35,961 nt of DNA from a virus (taxonomy: Duplodnaviria > Caudoviricetes). The position numbers were made by a program, and so were the translations under genes. The notes under the pieces were generated by a model, which worked only from the letters and a program-made list of their open reading frames with translations, was not told the DNA's origin and did no database searches. The stretch is taken from IMG/VR virus record IMGVR_UViG_3300020042_000895, positions 1 to 35,961 of that record; one strand, given 5' to 3'. Of this stretch, positions 28,121-35,961 are shown in pieces. The first letter of the stretch is position 1, and every line of letters starts with the position of its first letter.

Positions 28121-28552
28121 TTATACTTTCACGACATAAGGACGAGTGCCTTTTTTGTCTATAATTAATGCTTGTTGACGGGGTTTATCAGATATGCTAA
28201 TATGTGTCCAAGAATCAAACTCACGAATTACTTGGTCATATTTTAATTCTGATTTAACTATAGCAGCTACCACTTCATCTGGTGTCATACCTTTAACACG
28301 TATGTCTGCTGCTTGACCTTTACAATGTTGGCTGAACTTGCTTCCATTCACACTAGCATTAACTTCAGGGCTTCTATATGCAGAATTAATAAAAATACTT
28401 TTACCCAAAAGACTACGCACTTGTTCTAAAAAAGATGCAAGTTTGGTAAGCTCCTCTATTATACTCTGATTTGGAGTATTGTCAATGCCTTTTCTTGCTG
28501 CTGTTTCAGACACTGTTAACTCTTCTAATGTAAAGTTTTCTGTTAAATTCAT
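28121..28552 (-). CDS. Endolysin, peptidase M15 family
   Basis: INSAYRS...SQHCKGQAADI...WTHIS (Zn ligands H, D, H). Confidence 0.92.
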   Translation of the reverse strand: MNLTENFTLEELTVSETAARKGIDNTPNQSIIEELTKLASFLEQVRSLLGKSIFINSAYRSPEVNASVNGSKFSQHCKGQAADIRVKGMTPDEVVAAIVKSELKYDQVIREFDSWTHISISDKPRQQALIIDKKGTRPYVVKV

Positions 28553-28956
28553 TTTTTCATTTCCATTATTTTCTCAACCGTTCTACCACCAAAATACGCT
28601 AAAAAGACGATTTGGCCCCAGCTACCTAGCAAATTTACATAACTTTCTTGTGCGTTATATCCAAAAGCACTCATAGCTGTAAAAAGAAAATAAGCCATAA
28701 ATATAGCTATTAAAGCCAGTGGTCTAATATTTTTAGATAGCCATGAATCAGAGGACATGTCTGCTGTCCATCGTTCTGTAATATTATTTTGTTCTGTTTC
28801 ATACATCTTAGTTTCATTAGCCATTTTAGCTAACTCACCATCTTGAGCCATCTTAGCTAAGTCTAGTTGTGCTTTAGCTTTAGCTTCTGGATCAGGAATA
28901 AGTTTGTCAATAAGTTTGCCACCAATAGATAGCAATGCGTCAAGTCCTAGCATCAT
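28549..28956 (-). CDS. Holin (GTA 3-TM holin type)
   Basis: KLIDKLIPDPEAK...DSWLSKNIRP followed by hydrophobic helices and YFGGRTVEK; adjacent to the endolysin. Confidence 0.85.
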   Translation of the reverse strand: MMLGLDALLSIGGKLIDKLIPDPEAKAKAQLDLAKMAQDGELAKMANETKMYETEQNNITERWTADMSSDSWLSKNIRPLALIAIFMAYFLFTAMSAFGYNAQESYVNLLGSWGQIVFLAYFGGRTVEKIMEMKK

Positions 28957-29105
28957 TTATCCTTCTTATTAATTAATTCAAATAATGTTTTTACTTTTTC
29001 TTCTAACACTGCTACACGTAAGTCGAGTTTAGATAGCACAATAATCAATGTAATTATTGCAAATAAGATAGGCCAACCCTTAGTTAGCACATCGAAGATA
29101 TCCAT
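28953..29105 (-). CDS. Small single-TM membrane protein, 50 aa (not in the ORF track)
   Basis: Manual translation gives MDIFDVLTKGWPILFAIITLIIVLSKLDLRVAVLEEKVKTLFELINKKDK*. It overlaps both neighbours. Confidence 0.8.
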   Translation of the reverse strand: MDIFDVLTKGWPILFAIITLIIVLSKLDLRVAVLEEKVKTLFELINKKDK

Positions 29106-29374
29106 TATTTCATCTTTCCTGAAGAGGTTCTTTTAAAGCTACGATTAGTAGATTTCTTTACTGCTCTTAAGTTACTACGACTATTAGTGCCACCCTTGCT
29201 TAATGCTTTCTTATGGTCTACATCTTTACCATCACCTTTTTTAACTTTGCCTTCAGCTTCTAGTTTTCTACGAGCACCATTACGTTTAGCTCTGTTCTTT
29301 TTAACAGATTCTTTGCCATCATACTTTTCATATTGTTTTTTATAATCACGTTTACCGTTAGTCATGAATGGCAT
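29105..29374 (-). CDS. Small HNH endonuclease
   Basis: GDGKDVDHKKALSKGGTNSRSNLRAV...NRS. Confidence 0.85.
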   Translation of the reverse strand: MPFMTNGKRDYKKQYEKYDGKESVKKNRAKRNGARRKLEAEGKVKKGDGKDVDHKKALSKGGTNSRSNLRAVKKSTNRSFKRTSSGKMK

Positions 29375-29844
29375 TATTTCTTTCCTCCAATAACAATTCC
29401 AAGTCTTGCCATATCTCCTGCAATACGTCCAGAAGGCACTATAGGCAGTTCTTCTTCTTTCTTAGGTCTACCTACACTACGTTTAGTAGAACCGTCTGCA
29501 TAACCCTTTTCAGCAAGCCATTTAGCTGCTGCTATACCGCCTTGTCCTTTAGCATGAACTTTCATCTGTGCTATAGCTTCAGACTGCAATTTCACTTCTA
29601 ACTCTGCAGCCCATTTATCTACATGTGGCTTAATTAAATTATGGTTACGTACTTCTTGCCAGTGTTCCCAATCGCCCAATAGTGTTTGGGCAACCATGTA
29701 TTCAGAAGGATCACGACAATCTAAATACAATGCCTTCACTTCTTGTAAAGTGAATACAGGTTTAAACTTAACATCAGGTCTAGCAAACTCTTTAAATAAT
29801 CCTAAGATTACTCGTTTACCACTACCATCTAAATATTTACTCAT
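29374..29844 (-). CDS. Probable terminase small subunit
   Basis: Helical 156-aa protein (DPSEY...LLGDWEHW...AAAKWLAEKGY...GRPKK) upstream of TerL. The function is inferred from features and position. Confidence 0.55.
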   Translation of the reverse strand: MSKYLDGSGKRVILGLFKEFARPDVKFKPVFTLQEVKALYLDCRDPSEYMVAQTLLGDWEHWQEVRNHNLIKPHVDKWAAELEVKLQSEAIAQMKVHAKGQGGIAAAKWLAEKGYADGSTKRSVGRPKKEEELPIVPSGRIAGDMARLGIVIGGKK

Positions 29845-30079
29845 TTGGCAAATCCAAAAATGTAATTGTCTTAATCATTTTTTGTGGTATTTGTTGTCGT
29901 CTAGCTATTTGATTATCTGTATATGCAGAAGTGAGCATAATACCATGTTCATCTTCTTGTACTAAATAACCTAATTGGTGTACAATACGAGGATCATATT
30001 CGTATTCATCTTGAGAAAATTCCCAAGGATTATCAGACGTTTCACAAGCATCTTCCCAGACAACTAATACTGGTTTCAT
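29837..30079 (-). CDS. Hypothetical protein (VxWxDA type)
   Basis: VVWEDA...LGYLV...IPQKMI; overlaps both neighbours. Confidence 0.8.
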   Translation of the reverse strand: MKPVLVVWEDACETSDNPWEFSQDEYEYDPRIVHQLGYLVQEDEHGIMLTSAYTDNQIARRQQIPQKMIKTITFLDLPNE

Positions 30080-30243
30080 TTTTTAGCCTTGTTCTTAGTT
30101 GTACGGCTTCCACGTTTAGGAAGAGGTTTCTTTGCAGAGCTTAACGCTATAGCAATTGCTTGTTTCTGTGGTTTACCACTTTTCATTTCAGAACGAATGT
30201 TAGCTGATATTGTTTTTTCACTACTACCTTTTTTTAATGGCAT
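30076..30243 (-). CDS. Small basic protein, 55 aa (not in the ORF track)
   Basis: Manual translation gives MPLKKGSSEKTISANIRSEMKSGKPQKQAIAIALSSAKKPLPKRGSRTTKNKAKK*. It has a GAGGA RBS. Confidence 0.85.
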   Translation of the reverse strand: MPLKKGSSEKTISANIRSEMKSGKPQKQAIAIALSSAKKPLPKRGSRTTKNKAKK

Positions 30244-30244
30244 A

Positions 30245-30403
30245 CTATAATCCTCTCATTACAAGTGTTACTAGTAACGCTATAATTGCACCAAAACTTG
30301 TTATTAGTATTGTTTCTAGGCGTTTAAGTCTTGACCAAATGCCATTATAACGCTCTGCACATACAGCCTCATGTGTATTGAGTCTTGCTTCTACGGATTC
30401 CAT
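30245..30403 (-). CDS. Small coiled-coil plus C-terminal TM protein, 52 aa (XhlA/holin-like; not in the ORF track)
   Basis: Manual translation gives MESVEARLNTHEAVCAERYNGIWSRLKRLETILITSFGAIIALLVTLVMRGL*. It has a GGGGAG RBS and a TAATG overlap. Confidence 0.8.
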   Translation of the reverse strand: MESVEARLNTHEAVCAERYNGIWSRLKRLETILITSFGAIIALLVTLVMRGL

Positions 30404-30822
30404 TATACTCCCCAATCAAACGATAAAGCTGCTAGTTCCTCCACACTTGTACAAGTATTAATAGAGTCTTCAAACTCATTGCTTTTTGTACGAATATCTG
30501 CACGTTTATTTAGAGTAGGTAAGTCAACTCTAATGTTTGTTTCAGAAGAACGAATAATTTTCCAATCTGTCTCTTGTAATAATGTTGCTGCACTAGATTT
30601 AATGTTAGCTATAAGATTTGTTTTAAGCACATCTAGGTCTTTAGGAACATTAACATTCCAGTAATATCTATCATCAAAGTATTCAGGGTCCGGCTCTTCT
30701 ACAATACCTATGGCTTGCTTCTCTTCTAAGGAAGTTTTCTGTAGCCAATCAGCAGGATATTGTATTCCATTGAATTCAAAAGCCTGACCTAGTGTTAGTT
30801 TTTTCATTCCTAGTACGTACAT
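30403..30822 (-). CDS. Tail fibre assembly/chaperone-like protein
   Basis: IQYPADWL...LLQETDWKIIR...ELAALSFDW, directly downstream of the fibre gene. Confidence 0.65.
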   Translation of the reverse strand: MYVLGMKKLTLGQAFEFNGIQYPADWLQKTSLEEKQAIGIVEEPDPEYFDDRYYWNVNVPKDLDVLKTNLIANIKSSAATLLQETDWKIIRSSETNIRVDLPTLNKRADIRTKSNEFEDSINTCTSVEELAALSFDWGV

Positions 30823-30824
30823 TA

Positions 30825-33800
30825 TTACCTCGCTAAAGCGTATTTAAAAGGATGTTCAGCAAATGCCATGTAAATATATACTTGACCTGCTGTTGTATTT
30901 GTATTTACATTATTATTCTTTAATTTAAAACCATTAGAATTAATATCTAATAGTGCAGCAGTTTGTTCATTATTATTAAGACCTTCCATAAAAAAATACT
31001 TATCAACTACATTAAAAGTATTTCTAGTTGTGTCATACATAATCCAACTACGTGTAACATCTCGTTGTTTTATCATAACCCAACGTGGTCTAAATCCTGT
31101 ATAAACAAAAGGACCATCAGTAGAAGAACCATTAGATATATAACTATCAAATTTAGAAAATCCGGGTATTTCTAAAAAACAGTAAGCTACGTAAGTTGCA
31201 AGATTTTGGTTTACGTTATTTACGTTTGATGATCCATTTAAAAAACCAAACACAGAATTCGTAAATGTGCTTTGGTAATTAATTGCGCCTCCTGTGCCGC
31301 CACCAGTTCCTGCCGCACCTGTTGTGTCCAATTGAAGCCAAGAGTTTGGGCTACCTTTATGGGCAACCCACCAATTATTTACAAGACTTCTAGATTTTAA
31401 AATAACCATTGCAGGTTGAATTCCAAGCCCGTGACCAACAGTTGCAGTAGAAATTCCATTACCTGTATAAGTAACAACACTAATGCCAGAAATAGGATTT
31501 GCTCTTACTTGTGATGTAATACTACCTGCTGTATTTGTTACTGTGCTATCTCCTGCTTTCCAAACATCAGCTATATATGTAGCACTTAGTGTGTTAATAT
31601 TAGCGTTATTACCAATTAATAAACCATTCTTATTAAATTGTATTAAAGAATTAACATCAGTAGCTTCTCCAGCAGTATTATTATTTCCTAATATGTATTT
31701 ACCTGCTCCAGATACACTGTTAAACCATAATGCAGGAGTAGTAGCACTACGTGATTTAATACGCACTAAATCAGCAGTTTCTACATCACCTGACACTTCT
31801 GCTATGTTAAATGAGTTAAGTGATTTAAAGCCTGTAGGAACTGTTCCAATAAAAGGACGCTGCCCACAATTTAATGATCCAGAATACGTAGCACCAAGAT
31901 TACCTAAATACGGTGTCATTGAACTGCCAGTTGGCAACGTCCAAACGGGGTTTGTTCCAGTTGACGGGTTTCCAGTTGTTCCGTTTGTTGCGTCATACCA
32001 TGTATTATTTTTACCAAACCACAAATTACCCGTTGCAGCATCGTAAGCAACTTGCAATATATCACCAATAGCAACGCTTCTAAATTGCGTAGTAATAGAT
32101 GTTGAAACACCGTTAATTACTTTATTAGCAAGATAATTTGTACTGCCGTCTGTGTATATTGTTGCAGCCAATTTAAGTGCAGAACTGTTATTTGTTATCG
32201 GACCATCAACAGTTGAAATACCAAATACTTGTGGATTTGTTGGTGATGCCACACTTCCAGCGGTATACTCCCAATACCATTTACTAGTTAAATCAGTACC
32301 CATAGTTCCACGAACTTGAGAGCCAGTAGAAGAAGCTATAGAATAATTAAGATTACCACCAGATAAAGTAACGCTACCGCCACCAGTATCTAGTGGATTA
32401 AAAGTACAATAATTAGCTGTGTCTGTACTTGTTAATGTAGGTACGTCTTTCATTGAATCATATGTAATACCTGCTGTTACAGATATACCAGTAGGTGTCC
32501 AGTTATTTCCATTACCAGAAGTGTCTTTACCAATAGTAGTAGCTGTGTTATTACTGAAATCTTCAAATTCTAAATGAAAACCATTTGTTCCATATGTTCC
32601 TGTATATGCTTTAGGAGTCCAATAGTTGTTACCATCAAATTGACCAAAGCTAGTTGCTGCATTAGCTTGACCATCTATCCAGTAAAAATCACCTAGATAC
32701 CCATCAGTAAATAAACCAAAAGATGTAGTACGTCCTGCCATAATACCAAATGGTACTGTTGCTGAATTAAATGTAGCACTAGCATTTTGTGCAGGATATG
32801 TTCCAGTTAATGTTTGTAAAATACCATTTACATATATTTGAAGTCTATTTCCTGCAGTTGCTTGTGTTGTATCTTGTATTACTACAATATTGTACCAAAG
32901 TGATGGGTCTTTATATACATTAGTTGTTACAAGATTACAGTTTGTAGCATTTTCCCAATAGAAATTTAAAGCGTCTGAAGATAAAAACTGAAGTCCACCT
33001 GCATTTGCTGCTGCAGTGCCACCACCAAAAGGTTGATATGCACCACTTAATAATCCTCTTTTTAACCAGAATGAACAAGTAAATTTTCTAGCGTCAGTTG
33101 GCGTTCCCCAAGTACGATTTAAATAAGCACTATTACTTGCTCTAAAACGTAAGCTTCTGTCTAAATTAAACAACGACATTGGTTTTTGTATTTCACCAAC
33201 TTGTTGTCCACCACCATTACCAGTGTACAAATATTGTTCAAAATACTTGTCTCCACGTGGGATAGTAGGTTCTGGTAAATTAAATGTATTTAACATCTTA
33301 TGTCCAGAAGGAATAGGATAAGCAAATGGACGTTGACCAAAATTAATTGATCCTGTTGCAGTTGATATACTGTCAGAGCCTGTAGCTGGAAAATAAATAC
33401 CAGATAATCCAGTAAATGCTACTCCCTGACTGACACCGTTTTTATAGAAAGTAATCGTTCCTGCATCCATATCAAGTGCAGCACCAATAATGTCCCCACT
33501 TGTATAGGTAGCCCCATAAGAAGCACTAGTCCCACCATTAGAATATTTAATTCCAGCAAATGCGTAACAATAACCACCGTTAATACCTGCTAATTGATTT
33601 TGAATACTCGCAGATTCATTAACAATACCAACGTAAGTTCTAGTCCCAGCAGTTACTTCCCAGTACCATTTTCCAGAAGAAACACCTATTGTTCCCGCAA
33701 CAGCGTTATTTAATATTATTGACCAAGTTAAATTGGCCTCAGAAAGAGTAACACCAGTTCCTTTTCTTAATTGATTCAACGTAGCAAAGTTAGCATTATT

Positions 33801-34619
33801 ACCACTACTTAATGTAGGTACATCTAACATTGAGTCGTATGTTGCTAGTGTTGAATTACTTGTTTGTATATTATTAGGTGTCCAGTTATTACTATTGCCT
33901 GAACTATCTGCACCTGTACTTGCAGGATTTTGAAAGTTTAAATAGAATCCATTAGTGCCGTAAGTACCAGAATATTTTCTTGGTTCCCAAACATTAGTTC
34001 CCGGATTGTATCCACCAAATGACAATGGTGATAATTGTTGACCGTCAATAAAGTTTACTTCGGTCATATACCCATCAAAATAAGTTGAGTTTGCAGGAGC
34101 AGCACCAATGTGTTGTGTAACGGGTGTATTAACTGCAACTGCTAAATTAATACTGGGATAAGTTGGTGTGCCACTAAAAGCTGTTATTTGAACACCATTA
34201 ACGTATATTTTTACACGATTTGAAGGTACACTTTGAGTAGTGTCAAAAGCTATTACGAGATGATACCAAGCTGATGGGTCTCTAAATACAGAAGCTGTTA
34301 CTATGTTAAATTGAAGTGCTCCACCAGTTGTATATTGATCTACATAAATAGTTCCACCTGATCCGCCCATTGCCATAGAAAAAGCATTAAAATTTAACCC
34401 TGTTCTTCCTGCATAAAATCTTGGATCTGCTGTTGTAAAGTTGGAAAGCTTCATCCAACTACTCCAAGTAAACACTTGTTGATTTGTAGTTGTAGCAGGA
34501 GTACGAGTAAAGTAAGCAGGCGCACTAGACCGAAAACGCAAACTACGTTGTAAAGGGAATGTAGGCTCTGTAGGAGTGCCAGAAGCTATAAGAAACGGAT
34601 TGCCGTGTAGTACACCCAT
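30825..34619 (-). CDS. Tail fibre/receptor-binding protein with two LamG(ConA)-SPRY units
   Basis: Two copies of RSLRF...DPS.WY..V...DTTQ...GTYGTNGF.L.F...KWYWE...GQRPF, followed by YTGNG-type C-terminal repeats. Confidence 0.85.
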   Translation of the reverse strand: MGVLHGNPFLIASGTPTEPTFPLQRSLRFRSSAPAYFTRTPATTTNQQVFTWSSWMKLSNFTTADPRFYAGRTGLNFNAFSMAMGGSGGTIYVDQYTTGGALQFNIVTASVFRDPSAWYHLVIAFDTTQSVPSNRVKIYVNGVQITAFSGTPTYPSINLAVAVNTPVTQHIGAAPANSTYFDGYMTEVNFIDGQQLSPLSFGGYNPGTNVWEPRKYSGTYGTNGFYLNFQNPASTGADSSGNSNNWTPNNIQTSNSTLATYDSMLDVPTLSSGNNANFATLNQLRKGTGVTLSEANLTWSIILNNAVAGTIGVSSGKWYWEVTAGTRTYVGIVNESASIQNQLAGINGGYCYAFAGIKYSNGGTSASYGATYTSGDIIGAALDMDAGTITFYKNGVSQGVAFTGLSGIYFPATGSDSISTATGSINFGQRPFAYPIPSGHKMLNTFNLPEPTIPRGDKYFEQYLYTGNGGGQQVGEIQKPMSLFNLDRSLRFRASNSAYLNRTWGTPTDARKFTCSFWLKRGLLSGAYQPFGGGTAAANAGGLQFLSSDALNFYWENATNCNLVTTNVYKDPSLWYNIVVIQDTTQATAGNRLQIYVNGILQTLTGTYPAQNASATFNSATVPFGIMAGRTTSFGLFTDGYLGDFYWIDGQANAATSFGQFDGNNYWTPKAYTGTYGTNGFHLEFEDFSNNTATTIGKDTSGNGNNWTPTGISVTAGITYDSMKDVPTLTSTDTANYCTFNPLDTGGGSVTLSGGNLNYSIASSTGSQVRGTMGTDLTSKWYWEYTAGSVASPTNPQVFGISTVDGPITNNSSALKLAATIYTDGSTNYLANKVINGVSTSITTQFRSVAIGDILQVAYDAATGNLWFGKNNTWYDATNGTTGNPSTGTNPVWTLPTGSSMTPYLGNLGATYSGSLNCGQRPFIGTVPTGFKSLNSFNIAEVSGDVETADLVRIKSRSATTPALWFNSVSGAGKYILGNNNTAGEATDVNSLIQFNKNGLLIGNNANINTLSATYIADVWKAGDSTVTNTAGSITSQVRANPISGISVVTYTGNGISTATVGHGLGIQPAMVILKSRSLVNNWWVAHKGSPNSWLQLDTTGAAGTGGGTGGAINYQSTFTNSVFGFLNGSSNVNNVNQNLATYVAYCFLEIPGFSKFDSYISNGSSTDGPFVYTGFRPRWVMIKQRDVTRSWIMYDTTRNTFNVVDKYFFMEGLNNNEQTAALLDINSNGFKLKNNNVNTNTTAGQVYIYMAFAEHPFKYALAR
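31798..34548 (-). repeat. Diverged internal tandem duplication (two units of about 450 aa: ~34548-33280 and ~33158-31798)
   Basis: Colinear motif matches between the two halves of the translated protein. Confidence 0.85.
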
Positions 34620-35215
34620 TATTTAGTATCCGATACTAAACGAGCTGTAATACGTGTAGAACTTTCTACGTAGTATGCCAAGATGTCTACAGCACTAGCT
34701 GTGCTTGTAAGAGATGGAGCAGAACCCGCAGGGAATTTCCAAAAGCTACCAAACGCTATAGTGCGAGGAGTTGCTCCCTGAGTAATTGTAATAATGCCTG
34801 ATTGACCTGCAACAATGTTTGTTGGGTTAGCAAGTGTAGTGTTTTCTGTAGTTGTGTGGCTAAAATTGTTACCTAAAGACAGGTCAGTAGCAATGGATGC
34901 ACTTGTACTAGTTAACGCTACAGGAGTGCCTCTCTGTGCTTTTGTAAATGTTTGTACCACATCTGTTTTAGCTGTGTCTACATCGTATGATTGTACGGTA
35001 ACACCAATAGCCGCTTCTTTAAGAATTGTAGCATCAAATGCCTGTACCGATGATCCAATGGCTGATTCCTTAAGAAGTGGATAACCCCCTGCTAAAGCAC
35101 CATCATGCACCACTACAGTGTCTTTAGTGGTGTCAACTGTAATTTCTCCTACAGCACCAGTGAATGTGGCATGTTGCGCTGTTGTGCCTCTACGAAACTG
35201 TACTGCTGTACTCAT
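34619..35215 (-). CDS. Tail fibre protein with Mtd-like N-terminal domain
   Basis: VQFRRGTTAQH...GEITVDT...VVHDG matches the Mtd N-terminal pattern. The C-terminal part is TLANPTN...GQSG...AVDIL. Confidence 0.8.
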   Translation of the reverse strand: MSTAVQFRRGTTAQHATFTGAVGEITVDTTKDTVVVHDGALAGGYPLLKESAIGSSVQAFDATILKEAAIGVTVQSYDVDTAKTDVVQTFTKAQRGTPVALTSTSASIATDLSLGNNFSHTTTENTTLANPTNIVAGQSGIITITQGATPRTIAFGSFWKFPAGSAPSLTSTASAVDILAYYVESSTRITARLVSDTK

Positions 35216-35961
35216 ACAATGCTCCCATAATCGAGTGTTGCTTCAAGTTCTGCCACACCTACAAGTGACTTAGTAGCCAAGCTACCTAGTCCTAAGTTTG
35301 TTCTTGCTGTAGACACATTAACCAAGTCTGAAAGGTTAGATGCCTTTGCTAAAAAGCTTGTACCACTACCTGCAATGTCTACCCATATTGTTCCTGTGTA
35401 CACTCGCATAATGCCGCTAGTTGTGTTAAAATAAATAGCCCCTGATATTAAAGCATTACCATCATTATCCAAACTAGGATCACTAGCTTTAGCTCCTAAA
35501 TACCTATCATCAAAACTGTCTAAAGCTGCCAAGGCAGCGTCTGCTGCTGTTTGAGCTGTACCTGCGCTTGCACTTGCATTACTAGCTGATGTGCTTGCTG
35601 CAGAAGCTGAAGCTGCTGCTAAATTGGCATTGTACTTAGCTGAATATAAACCACCTGATACTGGATTAACAAGTTTACTTGCCCAATCTGCCGCTAAGTT
35701 GGAGGATGCTAAAGCATTAGCCGCATATGTGTCGGCATTCTGAATATCCGTTAAGTTGGCAATGATGGAATCTATTTCAGGAATATTATCCGCAATTACA
35801 TTAATATCTGCTATGTTATCAGAAACTGTATTAACATCGCTAATATTTGTACTTACGTTGACAATGTTACTTGTAGGAGATGGATTCTCGCCTACTGCAG
35901 CATCCGTTACAAAACCAAAGTCGTATGTAACACCCTGCTCAAATGCGCCATTCAAGTCTAA
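35212..35961 (-). CDS. Tail fibre protein, C-terminal part (start outside the window)
   Basis: 10-residue V..NI.D repeats, an Ala/Ser coiled coil, FDDRYLGAK...GAIYFNT and ARTNLGLG. The frame is open to the window edge. Confidence 0.8.
   Translation of the reverse strand, partial: LDLNGAFEQGVTYDFGFVTDAAVGENPSPTSNIVNVSTNISDVNTVSDNIADINVIADNIPEIDSIIANLTDIQNADTYAANALASSNLAADWASKLVNPVSGGLYSAKYNANLAAASASAASTSASNASASAGTAQTAADAALAALDSFDDRYLGAKASDPSLDNDGNALISGAIYFNTTSGIMRVYTGTIWVDIAGSGTSFLAKASNLSDLVNVSTARTNLGLGSLATKSLVGVAELEATLDYGSIV

Larger units (their letters stand above)
1..35961. mobile_element. Tailed dsDNA phage genome segment (podovirus; SIO1/cobavirus/Zobellviridae-like organisation)
   Basis: TerL, portal, capsid, tail-tube and internal virion genes lie on - and PolA/NrdJ replication genes on +. 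Genes are tightly packed or overlapping, with no host housekeeping genes. The taxonomic placement is an inference. Confidence 0.9.

Noticed and set aside
8750-32110. Numerous antisense and alternate-frame ORFs in the track (e.g. 10825-11352, 15844-16311, 23425-23928, 31483-32046)
   Set aside because: They lie almost wholly opposite or within long genuine genes, have shadow-like composition and show no recognisable motifs.
34619-35215. Diversity-generating retroelement suggested by the Mtd-like N-terminal domain
   Set aside because: There is no reverse transcriptase, no Avd-like gene, no C-type lectin variable region and no near-identical TR/VR pair in the window. This N-terminal domain is a common fibre module.

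Overview
This 36 kb window is an internal piece of an AT-rich, lytic-looking podovirus genome. Both ends cut through genes. Gene content and layout resemble the SIO1/VpV262/cobavirus (Zobellviridae-like) group; this is from family recognition, not a database search. There are two convergent arms meeting at a hairpin-rich junction near 8.1 kb. The + arm (1-8078) encodes a family A DNA polymerase, a probable SSB, a Cas4-like nuclease, a metallophosphoesterase, an HNH nuclease, a class II (B12-dependent) ribonucleotide reductase and an RpoE-like ECF sigma factor. The - arm (35961-8106) runs tail fibres, TerS/lysis cluster, TerL, portal, scaffold, capsid, tail tubes, GNAT protein, internal virion proteins, lytic transglycosylase. 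The main points of interest are: (1) a phage ECF sigma whose core-binding region is conserved but whose DNA-reading residues are rewritten; (2) a zincin HExxH module inserted in the 1940-aa internal virion protein; (3) apparent complete avoidance of CCWGG, visible in Pro-Gly codon choice; (4) a tail fibre with a LamG-SPRY unit duplicated inside another domain; (5) a palindromic, almost purely AT promoter region upstream of the head genes. I saw no tRNA, CRISPR array, integrase, RNA polymerase or reverse transcriptase.
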